This document shows positions 51,859-64,000 of a DNA stretch of 64,000 nucleotides, piece after piece. Under the pieces are notes generated by a model. It was not told where the DNA came from. It did not search any database and was given only the letters and a program-made list of their open reading frames with translations. The stretch's first letter is position 1; every line of letters starts with the position of its first letter. The stretch spans positions 992,001 to 1,056,000 of the forward strand of contig RSEE01000004.1 of NCBI GenBank assembly GCA_003971905.1, in the 5' to 3' direction. The translations under genes and the position numbers were made by a program. This DNA comes from Moniliella sp. 'wahieum' (Eukaryota).

Positions 51859-54800
51859 ATGCCGTCCCCGCCGTACCCCGTCCTGTCGACCGACGAGGCC
51901 CGCCCTGTGCGTGGCCTCCCCATCCGCGGCGTCCGTGAGCGCCGCGTAGGCGAGTTTGTCGGCGGGCAGTACGCCGACTACAACCTCTCGTCCCTCCTCT
52001 TCGAAGCACGCACCGACGACAAGGCTTACATCCGTCTTTCCCGCTGGGATCCTGAGCCCTGGCTCCACCCTAACCCAGAGGGAAAGGGCGGCGATGTCAT
52101 CAACAAGCCCCCTTTCTCGAAGCGGTCAAGCAGACTTACCGACACCAAGAAGGGCACCACTTTGGTCCCAGCTGGACCAACCACTGGGTCAAGCTGTCGT
52201 TGACAGTGCCCCCGCAGTGGGCTCATCGCGAGCCTGGCTCCGTCCAACTCGAGTTGACCCCGGATGCGAGGCGATGATCTTTGACACCAAGGGTCTCCCC
52301 CTGCAAGGCATTACCGGTGGCAACGCGGCCAACCGTCGCGTCGACTTCCCCCTGACAGGGCCATGTTGGAGCCGGGCACGGTCACTACGTTTTATATCGA
52401 GATCACCGCCAACGCCATGTTTGGTCTTCCTAGCGTGGGTAATGGTGGCGACCCTGACCCAAACCGGTACTTTAAGTTGCTGTCGGCCGACCTGGTACTC
52501 AAGCGGCGAGGCCTGGCGCCTCATGTGGGACTTTAGTCTTCTGCGCGGTGCCGTCGATTGGGTGGACCGTGACACGTCCTACAAAACAAGGCTTTGTGGG
52601 TAGCCAACGAGATTCAGAACACCTTCCGCCACTCGGATGTGACTTCGATTGCACGCTGTCGGAAACTAGCTCAGGAGGTGCTGGGATCCAAATGGGATGC
52701 CAAGCCCGACGGGGTCTGGGAGGAGCCGACTAGCACCAAAACCACCGTGTGGGCTATGGGGCATGCCATATCGATTCGTGCTGGCTCTGGCCCAAGAAAG
52801 TGACCGAGCAAAAGGTTGCTCGCTCCTGGGCTACACAGCTTCTCTGATGGAGCGCTACCCGAACACCGCTTTGTTGCCTCGCAGGCGGCGCAATTTGACT
52901 GGCTCGAGCGACTTTACCCTTCTCTGTTTGAGAAGCTCAAAGGCTTTATCAGTTCGGGTCAGTTCTTGCCCATTGGGGGCACGGGTTGAGAACGATGCCA
53001 ACATCCCCTCGGGTGAGGCTTTTGTTCGCCAATTTATCCACGGCCAGCGCTTCCTATCGCGCTTTGTCAGCGGTGCAAAATTTCTGGCTGCCCGACATTT
53101 GGTTACAATGCCCAGATCCGCAATTGGCTCGCTCGGCGGGACTCGACTACTTTTTCACTCAAAAGTTAAGCTGGAACAACATTAACCACTTCCCGCATAA
53201 CACGGTCATGTGGGAGGGTCTGGATGGTAGCCAGATCATCACCCATTTTTCGCCAGTGGAAAACTACGACTCCATGTGCCGTCTGGACGACATCACCAAG
53301 TGCATCAAGAACAGTATGTACTCTTTTAAAGTTATTTCATCATTTGTTCGCGATACTGACCTCGGGGGTGCTAGACGGCAACTTGGACGTTCAGCCTAAC
53401 GGGCTTCTCCTCTTTGGTTATGGCGATGGTGGTGGCGGTCCTACCGAGACCCATCCAAAATCTTCGCCGGGCTCGAGCAGCGCATAATAATGGGTACACG
53501 GATATCCCCAAGATTAAGCTGGCCATTCGTGCAAGACTTTTACGATGAGGTGCTGCGCGTGACGGACGGGGGGAAGCGCCTGCCTACTTGGCAGGGCGAC
53601 CTCTACCTCGAGTTCCACCGGGCGTGTACACGTCGCATGGGAGCATCAAGCGATGGAACCGCAAGTTGGAGATTAAGTTGCACAACGTCGAGTGGGCAGC
53701 TACGCTCGCGTCGTTGGCTACCCCACTTACGAGTATCCTAAGAAGACACTGGAGAACTTTGGGAGGGGCTACTCTTCAATCAGTTCCATGACATTTTGCC
53801 GGGTTCCTCAATCCGCATGGTCTATGAGGATGCAGAGAACGATTATGCTTCGATCGATAAAAGGGCAGACAAGCTGCTGGCATCCGCTCAAGACGTCTTG
53901 TTTGCCACCTCGGCCTTGAGTACCGGCCTGTCGATGGAGACCCTCTCGCTCGGCGACGGAGCAGGCACAATTGTTGCCCTTAACACACTGGCCATCCCGC
54001 GCAATGAACTTGTTGCTGTTCCTCTTCACAAGTACCCGGGAGTACAAGCGGCGATCCAGATGGGTGGGGCGCAACTTGTTTCGACCCCAGAATCAGATGG
54101 CTCTGGTGCCCATGCACGACGCCGATGGGATGGAGTGGCGTCCTTTTCGCTCGGTCATGCGCACAATTGGCTGCCAAGGTCCATCGCAATGGGGCGACGG
54201 CCTTCCATGACGTCCAGTCCGAAAGCTATGTGCTAAGCAACGTGCTCAAGGTGGTTGTCAAGAGTGGCCGGATCTCGTCTGTGTACGACCAAGTGCTGAA
54301 GCGGGAGTTGCTGCGCCCCGGCCAGACGGCAGGGCTTTCGATTGCGGAGGACTACCCTCCCTCGTACGATGCTTGGGAGACAGAGGTGTATGCGCTGGAC
54401 ACACAGGAGCCGATTGCGTTTGACTCGGTCGCAGTGCACACGGAGCAAGGCCCGTTGCGCGCTTCGTTGGTGGCGCAGGCCCGCTTTGGGCAGAGCAAGG
54501 TGAGCGTCAAAATGTCGCTTGATGCAAGTGCGATGCAGATGACGTCCAAGGGTCGTACGCCGTTGGTTCTGGACTTTGAGGTAGACTGGCAAGAAAAGCA
54601 CCGATTCCTTCGGTTTGAGGTACCGACCAACTTGGTGCCGACAATGCCGCGTACGAACGCAGTTTGGCATTACCCACCGGCCCACGGGCCGCAACACAAG
54701 TTGGGATGCAGCCAAGTTTGAAGTATGCGCACCGCTTTGTCGATTTGTCCGAGGCAGGCTATGGAGTTGCGCTACTGTCCGAGTCCAAGTACGGCTTTTC

Positions 54801-55309
54801 GGTAGAGGGGGCACGATGCGGGCTTCGCTGCTCAAGGCGGGTACCTATCCGGATGCTCACCAAGACGAGGGGAAGCACATCTTTTCCTTGGCGGTGCTGC
54901 CACATGTGGGGCCGATGGAGGACCCTGCGAGCGGAGTTATTCACGCGGCGCGCGCGTTCAACAACCCGTTGTTCCTTCGCATTCTGCCAACTCAAGCGTC
55001 ACCAGCGGCTTGGGTCTGCACCTCGAATCGGACACGGGCACTGTCGTGCTCGATACCATCAAACGTGCTGAAGCGACTTTCCTACCACCACACACCTGCC
55101 TCCGGTAAGAAGACTGTGGTGGCTCGCTTCTATGAAGCGGCGGGTGGCCACACACACACCAGTTGTATGTGCGTGGAGCCGGAGTGCTGAAAGCGTCAAC
55201 TGCGTCAATTCTGGAGGATACAGAATCGGAGCTGGCGCCGTACCATGGCGGGTACCAGCTTTCCTTCCGCCCATACGAGGTGAAGACGGTCGTTTTCGAA
55301 CTGGCCTAA
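51859..55309 (+). CDS. AMS1: GH38 cytosolic/vacuolar alpha-mannosidase (Ams1/MAN2C1-like); intron 53314-53374; many indel frameshifts
   Basis: [120 protein letters not shown]. Confidence 0.93.
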
Positions 55310-55934
55310 CACACTGTGGGATACGTTGTGGACCCCACACAGACAATATATGAAGTTTGCTTGTTGGAGCGGGATTCATCCATTGCGGATGGGTTTGTTT
55401 TGCGATGATTGCCAGATAGTATTGCGTTCAGCGTACGTTCATCAACCCACGTCGCCCGTCGCCGCCCCCGGCCCTCTTCTCATAGCCACAACCATTACCA
55501 CGGCAACAAGCATTATGCAAGCAGACCAGAACATCGTGTCCTCTGACTGCGGGGGACTGTCAACTGGGCAACCAACACCACCCAGGGTAATTGGCCAGCC
55601 ACTACATGGATGAGTAGGCCATGGGGGTCCAGGAATTGAAGCTTGAAGCAGCTTGACGCGACAAGGAGAGCTTGGATGGGGGGATTGACAAGCGAGCCAG
55701 TCCTGCCAGCCCACCCGCTCTCTCGTCACGCGAAAGCGGAACCGGCCGTGGGGTGGCGGAATGCACTGATCAGGCAATCGCTTGGGCGTGATCGATGATC
55801 GATGATTGATGACGAAGAAGAGCTATAATTAGGGCAACGGCAATGGCATCGGCTAAGCGCATCATCAGCACCGCCGCCCCACTCGCCCACCCACACCACC
55901 CACTCCGCAACCCGCCTCCCCGTCCGTGCCCACC

Positions 55935-57459
55935 ATGGCAGGTGGAGTCTACGGCATGTTCGGGGCAGCTGCGTCGCAGGTCCATGGCGCCCCATCATCC
56001 GCCCCTCCGCGCGTGACCGCCGCCGACTTTACTCTGGACGATCCGTCCCCAGCCCCCTCCCGCGCCCTCGACCTTGTCTTTGTGATGGACGCCACCGGCA
56101 GCATGGGGTCTTACATCCGCGAGGCCACGCGCAACATCGAGGCCATCTGCGATACCATCACCCAGCTGATCAGCTTCATGGCCCTGGCGCACTGCGCATT
56201 GCTCTCATCGCTTATCGTGACCATCCGCCCCAGGACCATAGCTACGTCACTCGCACCTGGAGCTTTACTACCTCTGTTCCCGAAGTCAAAGAGCAGCTTC
56301 GCACGTTATATGCGTCCGGGGGCGGAGATGGCCCCGAAGCGGTCACAGCGGCCTTGGCCGAGACGGTCAAGCTTCCCTGGCGTCCTGAAGCGACCAAGCT
56401 AGCAGTGCTCATCACTGATGCCCCGCCTCATGGCATTGGCGAAATCGGGGATGGTTTCCCTCGAGGATCCCCCGATGGCAATGATCCTCTCGTATTGGCT
56501 CGTACGATGGCCTCAATGGGCATTAGTTTACTGATGGTTGCCTGCGAGCCGGCTTTGTCAGGCTATCAGCATGCGTTGATTTTCCGGGGCCTGGTGCAGA
56601 TTACCGGTGGCACCTGCGTCCCGCTTACACCGCCAGCTTGTGAGCCCACGTAATTGTCGCAGCGGCTGGAGAGGCGATGGATTTGGAGCGCCTCCATCAA
56701 GACATTGATACTCAAGTCTTGGATCGGCTGCGGTCCCTCTCTCTTGCCCAAACGGGAGGTGGACCAGGTGGCGATGCGGCTTTGTTGGACGATGTTGCTA
56801 GGGAGTTACACGAAAGCTCCTGCTTCGCAACGAAAACACCAAGCAGCTTTACATTGAATCTATCTATCAACCTTCAGCCGAATCGGACAGCAACATTGCC
56901 ATTTGGGCCATGGCTCCCTCGCTGGATGCGGCCAAGCCCCTCATTCGTCGTGTCCCTGGTCACCGCCTTAGCGAAAATACCTCAAGACGCGCACAGCCAC
57001 TTCCTCATTCCGCTCAACTCCACGCCCCTTGCTTTCGACGCCGCCAAGGCCACAGGACGCAAAACCGATCCAGTCATTTTCCACCTATACGGCTGGACCT
57101 GGCTTGAGTGCTGGCGCCTCGCCCCCGTCCAGAGCGGAGGCCGGGCCGGACGGGTTTTCTTGCTGGGTCTTCCTTGACAATGAACTCAATTCGTTCTCAA
57201 GGCCTCAAGCGTTTGCCTCTTTTGGCGCGCGAGGAAGACGATGACGGTCTGGGCGGGTTTGACGGACAAAATGCCGCCGATCGAAGCGGAGAGAAGAAAA
57301 TGACAATGCAGCGGCGCACAACTGCCCGTCACAACCACGGCTCAGGGCGTTGAGGTGGCTGGGGCCAATGGGCAGAAGCTCTTCTTCGGCAAGGGGCCAT
57401 CTACTAGAACAAACGCGTCGACTGGCATGCAGAGTGCCCAGCGTGGTGGGCTGGGATGA
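55935..57459 (+). CDS. von Willebrand factor A domain protein (vWA similar to that of VwkA-type alpha-kinases; no kinase domain visible); indel frameshifts
   Basis: LDLVFVMDATGSMGSYI (MIDAS-like DxTxS), AYRDHPPQD, ASGGGDGPEAV, LPWRPEATKLAVLITDAPPHGIGE. Confidence 0.85.
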
Positions 57460-57679
57460 GGGGCAAGACGATCCAGAAGCAAATACCCTGGCATGACAAA
57501 TGTGAGAGCAGTTGTACATGAGGTGCGGTAGATGGCCATAGTGCTATGTTAGGCTGATTGACATGAAGGACAGCCCGCATAGCGTGCAATGGCTAGTGGC
57601 TGTTGCATGGCTTCACTGTACTTACGCGATGTATGAAAGACAGGTTGGCTGAGTAGTGCGGAGGCAAGGAGAAAAAAAG

Positions 57680-57751
57680 TGGACGAACAGGGAATTGAAC
57701 CCCGGACCTCATGCATGCTAAGCAAGCGCTCTACCCCTGAGCTATCCGCCC
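57680..57751 (-). tRNA. tRNA-Ala (anticodon AGC), intronless
   Basis: GGGCGGATAGCTCAGGGGTAGAGCGCTTGCTTAGCATGCATGAGGTCCGGGGTTCAATTCCCTGTTCGTCCA; cloverleaf, G3:U70 Ala identity pair, A/B boxes, downstream T7 Pol III terminator. Confidence 0.96.
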
Positions 57752-58231
57752 TTAGATGAACGGTAGACACGGTGTGGAATGTAGTTCAGAGTGTCGCCTA
57801 GATAGCGGATTTTCCATTGGTTTATTCCTTAGCGAACTAGTTGAGCACCCAACGTTCTCCACCAACTGAACACCAAGCAGCTTGCTCTCCAATACACTAC
57901 AAACAGAATAACACCCCCCCTCAATTATAACCAAAGTAACGGGAACCAAAGAGAGCGTGCATAAATGGCGTTCAGGATGTTGGGCACCCATTGCGACATT
58001 ATTAGGGGAGGAAGAGAGGGGGAGATAGAGAAGCACGAGGGAGAGGAGGCACACGAGGGAGCGGGAGCAATGCTCATTTGAAAGGGATAGTGCTGGTGCA
58101 CCTATTTCAAACAGGTGCGGGTAGCCAAAACAATTGTCCAGAGGAGACAGCGGCGCGAGAGATTCACGACTGATGGTCCACAGGTGAGGCAGAACGGATG
58201 TAGGAACGGACGGGGTGGCCGTACTTGAGGT

Positions 58232-59944
58232 CTAGGCCTCATCGCCATGAGGCCCAGTGTAGGGTGGGGCGCTGAGATGCGACGAGGTGGGCGGAGTTTG
58301 GTTGCGGGCAGGTAGGAAAGCTTGCGCAAACCGACTTGGGGAAGGGGTACGCGCTACGTCCACTGTCACGGAACGCTGGTGGAATGACACGGGCGCCACT
58401 TGACCTTCCTCATCGTGGAGTAGGATCGAGTTGGATTCAGAGGCCAGGCCAGGTCCAGAGGGCATATCGATCCGGGTGGAAAAGCTAGTGGCCCGCTTTG
58501 GCTGGTTCATGGCGAACGCTTCTCCACCTTCGTCCGCCAGTAGCGTCTCCCTCTCAGCCTGGTGGGCGGTGCGACGAGTGGAGCCAGCACCGCGAGAAAG
58601 ATCGAAAGCAGAGTTGGGCCCCGAGGGCCGGATGCCGGCAACTCGCATCAAGTGGCGCGCCAAACGAATAGGGGGGCCGGCGATACGAGCCAACGACAAA
58701 GGCGGCACGACCTGGGCACGGCGTAGCAAGCCGTAGATGACACCCACGAGGGTCACTAGGAAGATACTTACCCCCTTGCCCAAAGCCTGAATGAAGCTGG
58801 CATCATTGGCGTGCCATGATGATCCGTAGAAGTGCTTAAAGAAGGCGTGCTCGCGGGCCTGCTCAGGCGGAAGGTTCTTTCCGTACAAGGATTTGGGAAG
58901 AACCCGCACTCCGGACCATCCTCTCGAGGGGTGGTCCATGTCAGACGGAAGACTGACCCCATTGGCATCAACCCACAACGAGTAACTGGCACTGACCAGC
59001 ATTGGCCCGGTTGAGAACATCACAGTGGGGTAGTGGAGGATGTAGTTGTGGTTGAAGAGGACGATGATTGAGCATCCTCTCCATGAATGGATGTTTGGGA
59101 ACGATCATCATAAGATCGTTAGAGACGCCTATTGGTGCGGTCTCGGCAAGACAGCCTCGAAGCGGAGGAAGAGGACCCATAGGTTTGAGGCAGCCCATCT
59201 AGATCCATGTAGATGCCACCAAAGTGATGCAGAACGAAGTAACGGATCGCATCAGCACGCTGGATCGGATATGGATATCCATCGAAGACGGGCAGGAACC
59301 AATTGTAATGCTTCTCGATGAAGGCTCGTGAGTTCTCATCGGTCCACAAAATGTAGTCGCTGACGATAAGGTGGTCAGGTCAGCACATGTCAGCCAGGGG
59401 GGGGAGAGAAGACGCACTAGTCGGGGTGCATTTTCCTGCACTCTCTCGGATTGGGGCCCACTTTTCTGGCAAAGTGTCGGTCTTCCAAGTTTGATGAATG
59501 ATGCGGGATCTTTTCCCCGGGGCGGACATCTTTAGGGCCTGTGCCTGGGGTGAAGTGGCCCTCATACACAGCCGGATCGGGTTGTTGCTGGGCCCGTGCA
59601 GTGCCGGTCGTGTTGAGAGGCGAGGCAAGCGTTTCGATCCCGGGCGTAAGGGGAGGGGAGGGTTTACGGAGTGTGGCCATGGCGCGAGGGACAGGTGTGG
59701 GGATTCGCATTGCACCAGGCAATGCGTCGTTAACCTGGGATGCGACGATGGCGGCCGCGGCAGCGGAGCCAGCGGCAGAGGCCCAAGATGCGACAATCAT
59801 CTGGATCTCCATGGGGGTGATCATGGCGCGGCGGTCGACATGGAAAAAGCTCCACACGCTGCCGAGCACGATGCACGTGCCCACGAGAATGAGCGAGAGG
59901 CAGATGAGGAGGACCGAGACGGTCCGGCGAGAGCAAAGGTTCAT
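58232..59944 (-). CDS. Inositol-phosphoceramide mannosyltransferase (GT32, Sur1/Csg1-like); intron 59360-59417; indel frameshifts
   Basis: N-terminal TM segment, IIHQTWKTDTLPEKW, WTDENSRAFIEKHYNWF, YPYPIQRADAIRYFVLHHFGGIYMDLD (DxD), PIGVSNDLM, MFSTGPM, FKHFYGSSWHANDA followed by a TM segment. Confidence 0.9.
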
Positions 59945-60848
59945 TGCGAGCAGCCAGCGAGGATAAGGGTCGGAAGCAGAGCGCGGGTCTGGGGCGTGGC
60001 TTGCAGGGGGCGGCTGCGTGAGCAGAGAGCTCAGGCTGAGCGCTGAGAGGCTGCGATCGGCGGGTGGAGGGTTCAGATGGGGGTGCTGCAGGCCATGCTG
60101 CGCCGCAGCTGGCAGACGGAAGGAACGATGCGTGGGTCGGCGGGCGGCGTCGGCGAGTGGGCGGGCGACGGTGCGGACGGCAAGGGGCAAGGCTGGAGAT
60201 GGGGGCAGGCGCGGGTGGTGGGGCGCTGGCCAGAAGACGGCAGGCCTCGCGCCGAGAACCAACCAAGTCAGCCGCAAGCCTCGGCATTCGAACTTCAAGC
60301 TTCAGCTAGCTTCAGGCCCAAAACGGCATGCCAGCGCTCACGGGTCACATGTCACACATACCCATCCTGCATCACGTGGCACACCGTATCGGCCGCATCA
60401 AATATCACATGCATCACACACCACCCCTATCTCTGGTTTGTTCGCATTTTTATAGCGTTCGTTTTCAGTTCCTTTCTACACACCGTCTCAGTACCCGGCC
60501 CACACCACCCCTTCTATAGCCACGCCGACGCTCACCATCTATGCAAGACGCCTGGCTTCTCTCTTACCCATAGGCCAGAACCTCCATCACCACCCCCTTG
60601 AATCCGTGTTGGATCGTCGTCGCAAAGGTCAATTGAACAAATGCAAAAGAACGTGACGTCGCTTCACAGTCTCATCAGTCGTGTCTGAGGTCGTGAACGG
60701 GAAGAGAGAAGAGCTTTTCGACCACATCGTGGGCGGGGGATTTGGCCTCTGTCCCCCACCCCGCAAGTCGCATCAGTGAGAAAAGATATGTAAGCAGGAG
60801 AGATCGTATGAAAACCACTGAGAGAACATCGGCATGTACGACGAGGGT

Positions 60849-62220
60849 CTAACAATAGCTGTCGTACCGATGACTTCACTCGGCTCGCGTCCCCGCAACA
60901 TCGGAGGCTCGCTTCCCTTGACATACATCTTCCCATAGCTTGGCATTCGCAGGCTCCGGGGCGTTTTTGGCATGAGCAATGCCTCTTCGACAATCTGCTT
61001 GGCCTGTTTGTCGACCGCCTTGAGTTCCTCCTCTGAAGCCACGCCCCACTCGAGCAGTTGCGCCTTGAGTCCCTGAATCGGGTCGGCTGAGGTGCGCATG
61101 CGTTGGATCTCTTCCCGGGTGCGGTAGGTGGTGCCGGGGTCCGAGAGGGAGTGGCCGCCATAGCGGTACGTAACCAACTCCATCACCACCGGTCCCTTGC
61201 CTGTCGTAGTAAATTCGCGGGCCCAAGCCGTCGCCTGCCGCACAGCCAGCACGTCCATCGCGTTGACCTGCAACCCCGGGATTACATCGCCACGTGTGTA
61301 ATACTGGGTGTTCATCGACGAACGTTCGGCAGAGGTGCCCATGCCGTACTTGTTATTCTCACACACGTACACGCACGGTAGCTTCCACAGCTGCGCCATG
61401 TTCATCGCCTCAAACACTTGGCCTTGGTTCGAAGCACCGTCGCCGTAGAGAGTAAAGACGGCATTGGGATGTTGAGATACTTTTGTGTAAATGCTAGTCC
61501 CGTCCCGACGGGCACTTGTGCACCCACAATTCCATTGCCCCCGAAAAAGGTTTTGGTAAACATGTGCATCGAGCCCCCCTTGCCTTGACTGATGCCCGTC
61601 TCCCGTCCAAACAGCTCGGCCAATACTTTGGCAATGGAGCCGCCACGTAGGGCAGCAAATGGATGGCAACGATACGAGGTAATTAGCAAGTCTTCGGGCG
61701 TCATGGCCGTGTGCATGCCAGTCGCTACAGCTCCTGGCCCATCGCAAGGTGACAAAAGCCACGAATGAACTTTTGCTTGTAAAGCGCATCGGCCGCCATT
61801 TCCATACGCATTTGCACCATCGTGTCGTACATCCGCACCAACTCTTGCTTCGTTGTATGCAAAGTCAAGCCGGGTCCCCCCGCCATGACCTTCCAACTTG
61901 TACTCGTGGAATGACTGATCAGACAACGTTACTTCAAATGGCTCTTCTGCTCCATCAGGCACGTCCTTTGACACCGTTGCACTGTCGGCGACAAGATGGA
62001 TAAAACGGGCACGGTTCAACATGCCGATGGGGGCAGCCACTTTAGGGAACATCTGAATAAGAAGAGACCCAGTGCATGGGGAATGGAATGCGGGTTAGCT
62101 GAGCGCAAACAAGCATATTCTCTTCTCATGCCACTGCTGAGCACACTATAATGTGTACGCACCATCGATGCACCCGTCAGTGCTGCGGGCAAGCTGGCGG
62201 ACAAGATTACCGGATATCAT
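60849..62220 (-). CDS. PDA1: Pyruvate dehydrogenase E1 alpha subunit, mitochondrial; probable intron ~62053-62162; indel frameshifts; ends approximate
   Basis: ITSYRCH, GKGGSMHMF, FFGGNGIVGAQVPVGTGLAF, LYGDGASNQGQVFEAMNMAQLWKLP, CENNKYGMGTS, TYRYGGHSLSDPGTTYRTREEI. Confidence 0.96.
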
Positions 62221-62784
62221 GGACGAGGAAAAAAGACAAGGCGGCTGTGGTGTAGGGTGGGTGTGTTGTGGGTGGTGATGGGTCTGGTGAAGGGTTTTGC
62301 CCAGAGGATAAAACGTGCATCTTAAGCAAAGCCGGTGGACCGAGACGGCATTCGAGGGCGCAGCTGGAGTGCGCCACCGCATGGCGCCAGTGTACGGCGT
62401 TGCCTGTCTTGCTTGCGCCGCTGCTATTGCATCTCAATCAAGGTTTTGCTATAGCCCGTCTTGCGGCTGCTCAGAGCTCTCTATGACACCCGTTGCCCGC
62501 TCAATAAATGACACGGCCGCCACCTCTGAAGCTAATACACAAAATGGATTGTCTCGTCGTACAGCATCCTCACCAGGACCACACATGTGCCCCATGCAGA
62601 TGCTTCCAGACATGAACTCGAAAAATAGATAAGGAGAAAGACGATCATCATAGTGGGACGCTCAAGAACTCCTTCACAGAGGAAGCCACACGTATCAACA
62701 GATATCCCACCAAAGTCGCCATCAGAGGGACAAAAGGAAACATGACAATTGAAGTTTTTTGTAACGGCCCATTCTACCGTATAG

Positions 62785-64000
62785 TTATTCCTTGCGTTTG
62801 GGTGAGACCGACAGACCCGTCCGTGGGGCGGAAGAGGATGAGGCGTCATTCGTGCGGCGAGTCAATCTGCGTCCAACCGACCTGGTGGAATGGAAAAACG
62901 AGCTTGGCTCGCCACCCTGGCTAGGGGAAGAATTGACATGGGCTGCCGGAGGGCTGTTGAATCGGTTCAAGGCAAGGTCGCGGACCGAGGAAGAACCTGG
63001 GCGGGGAAGAGTAGACAGGGCCATCTGGGAGCGGTGCACCACCATCTTCTCCAGGCCAAACGACGGACGCTCGGTTCGGAAACTTTTGCTGCGCTGCACT
63101 TCCAGAGCCTTGCCCGACACCACTTTCTTCAGTTCGAGATGGGCCTCGTACAGCTCCCCCATGCAGGCTTTCAGACGGCCCAGCTCATAATGAGCAAAAT
63201 ACAGAATCCCACATCCTCTCCACGCAAACGAGAGCCAACCGAGAAGACTTTGTGGAAACAATCAACGGCCTCGTTGGCCAGATCAGTGGCGACGGCATCT
63301 GGTCATCCGGCGGCATACGAGGGAGAGTATACTCAATTGGAACGCTGAGAAGCGAAGGATGACGCTCGAAGAAAGTAGGCAAGGGCATAGGCGCCTGCCA
63401 CTCCGAATCGTCCGATGGATTGTACGCCGAGGCAGTGGTCGATTCAAGCAAGGCAATTTCCCGCGTCACCACCGCCCCAGCTGCCTCGTACAGCAAAAAG
63501 ACGGGGTGTGGGGGAGGGTGTGCCAAATGTAGGCAAACTCAAGTCCAGGAAGAGTGAGGCGGCCGTTCTGGATAAACTTCTTGGCTCGTCCGATGGCAAA
63601 GCGCTCGGCTCCAATCGACTGTCCAGCAACTCGCTGGCTCAACAGAGGCACGGTCGCCATAATCGTCTTGGCCCGCTGAATCGTCGCCTCGTCTTGTTGC
63701 CCCGACTTTGTCTGGTTCTTGGCCGAGTATAGAGACAAGGCTTTAGTACTGGAATAACGCCTTCGTGAACGACGATTGGCGCGAGAGAGCATCGAAACAC
63801 TCAAACGCTCGCTCGTGATCAGCTAGGGTAAGATATGCCAAGGCCAAGTCCCAATACACAAGGTGGCTCAGCTCGCGGTACTGGTGTTGACACGTAATGG
63901 CGTTGCGGTACGACTCCATGGCTCGTTCAGGAAGGGCCAGCATACTGAGCATGCGACCTTGGAAAAAGTGGAAAAAGAAGCCTTGTGGGAAACGTTGAGG
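62785..64000 (-). CDS. TPR protein of the Iml2/TTC39 family, 3' part (5' end outside the window); indel frameshifts
   Basis: RFPQGFFFHFFQGRM, ELSHLVYWDLA, CFDALSRQSSFTKALFQY, QRVAGQSIGAERFAIGRAKKF, LPGLEFAYIW, YFAHYELGRL. Confidence 0.78.

Overview
Eukaryotic (fungal, basidiomycete-like) genomic DNA. It is GC-rich and intron-poor, with short GT(A/G)(C/T/A)GT...CTRAC...YAG introns; a smut-like lineage (Ustilaginomycotina) is only an inference. Almost every gene carries several 1-bp indels, often at homopolymers, which looks like an unpolished long-read consensus, so gene coordinates are approximate. Genes in order: nitrate reductase/cytochrome b5 reductase 3' end, HSD10-type SDR, 3-repeat MYB factor, GPI-type glyoxal oxidase, FxFG nucleoporin (Nup1/Nup153-like), amino-acid permease, OPT peptide transporter, NPC2/ML protein, MPP10, a decayed Vps5-like sorting nexin, URA2, mL58, SQR, uL6m, GH38 alpha-mannosidase, a vWA protein, tRNA-Ala(AGC), SUR1-like GT32, PDA1 and an Iml2/TTC39 3' end. 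Two things stand out. (1) Non-coding DNA, mainly upstream of genes, follows a rule: 6-bp palindromes of the form A-NNNN-T (13 of the 16 possible seen) are chained with one spacer base (7-bp period), and different palindromes are mixed in the same register. (2) Sulfide:quinone oxidoreductase appears to run directly into mitoribosomal protein mL58 through an internal presequence-like linker, a candidate tandem mitochondrial precursor.
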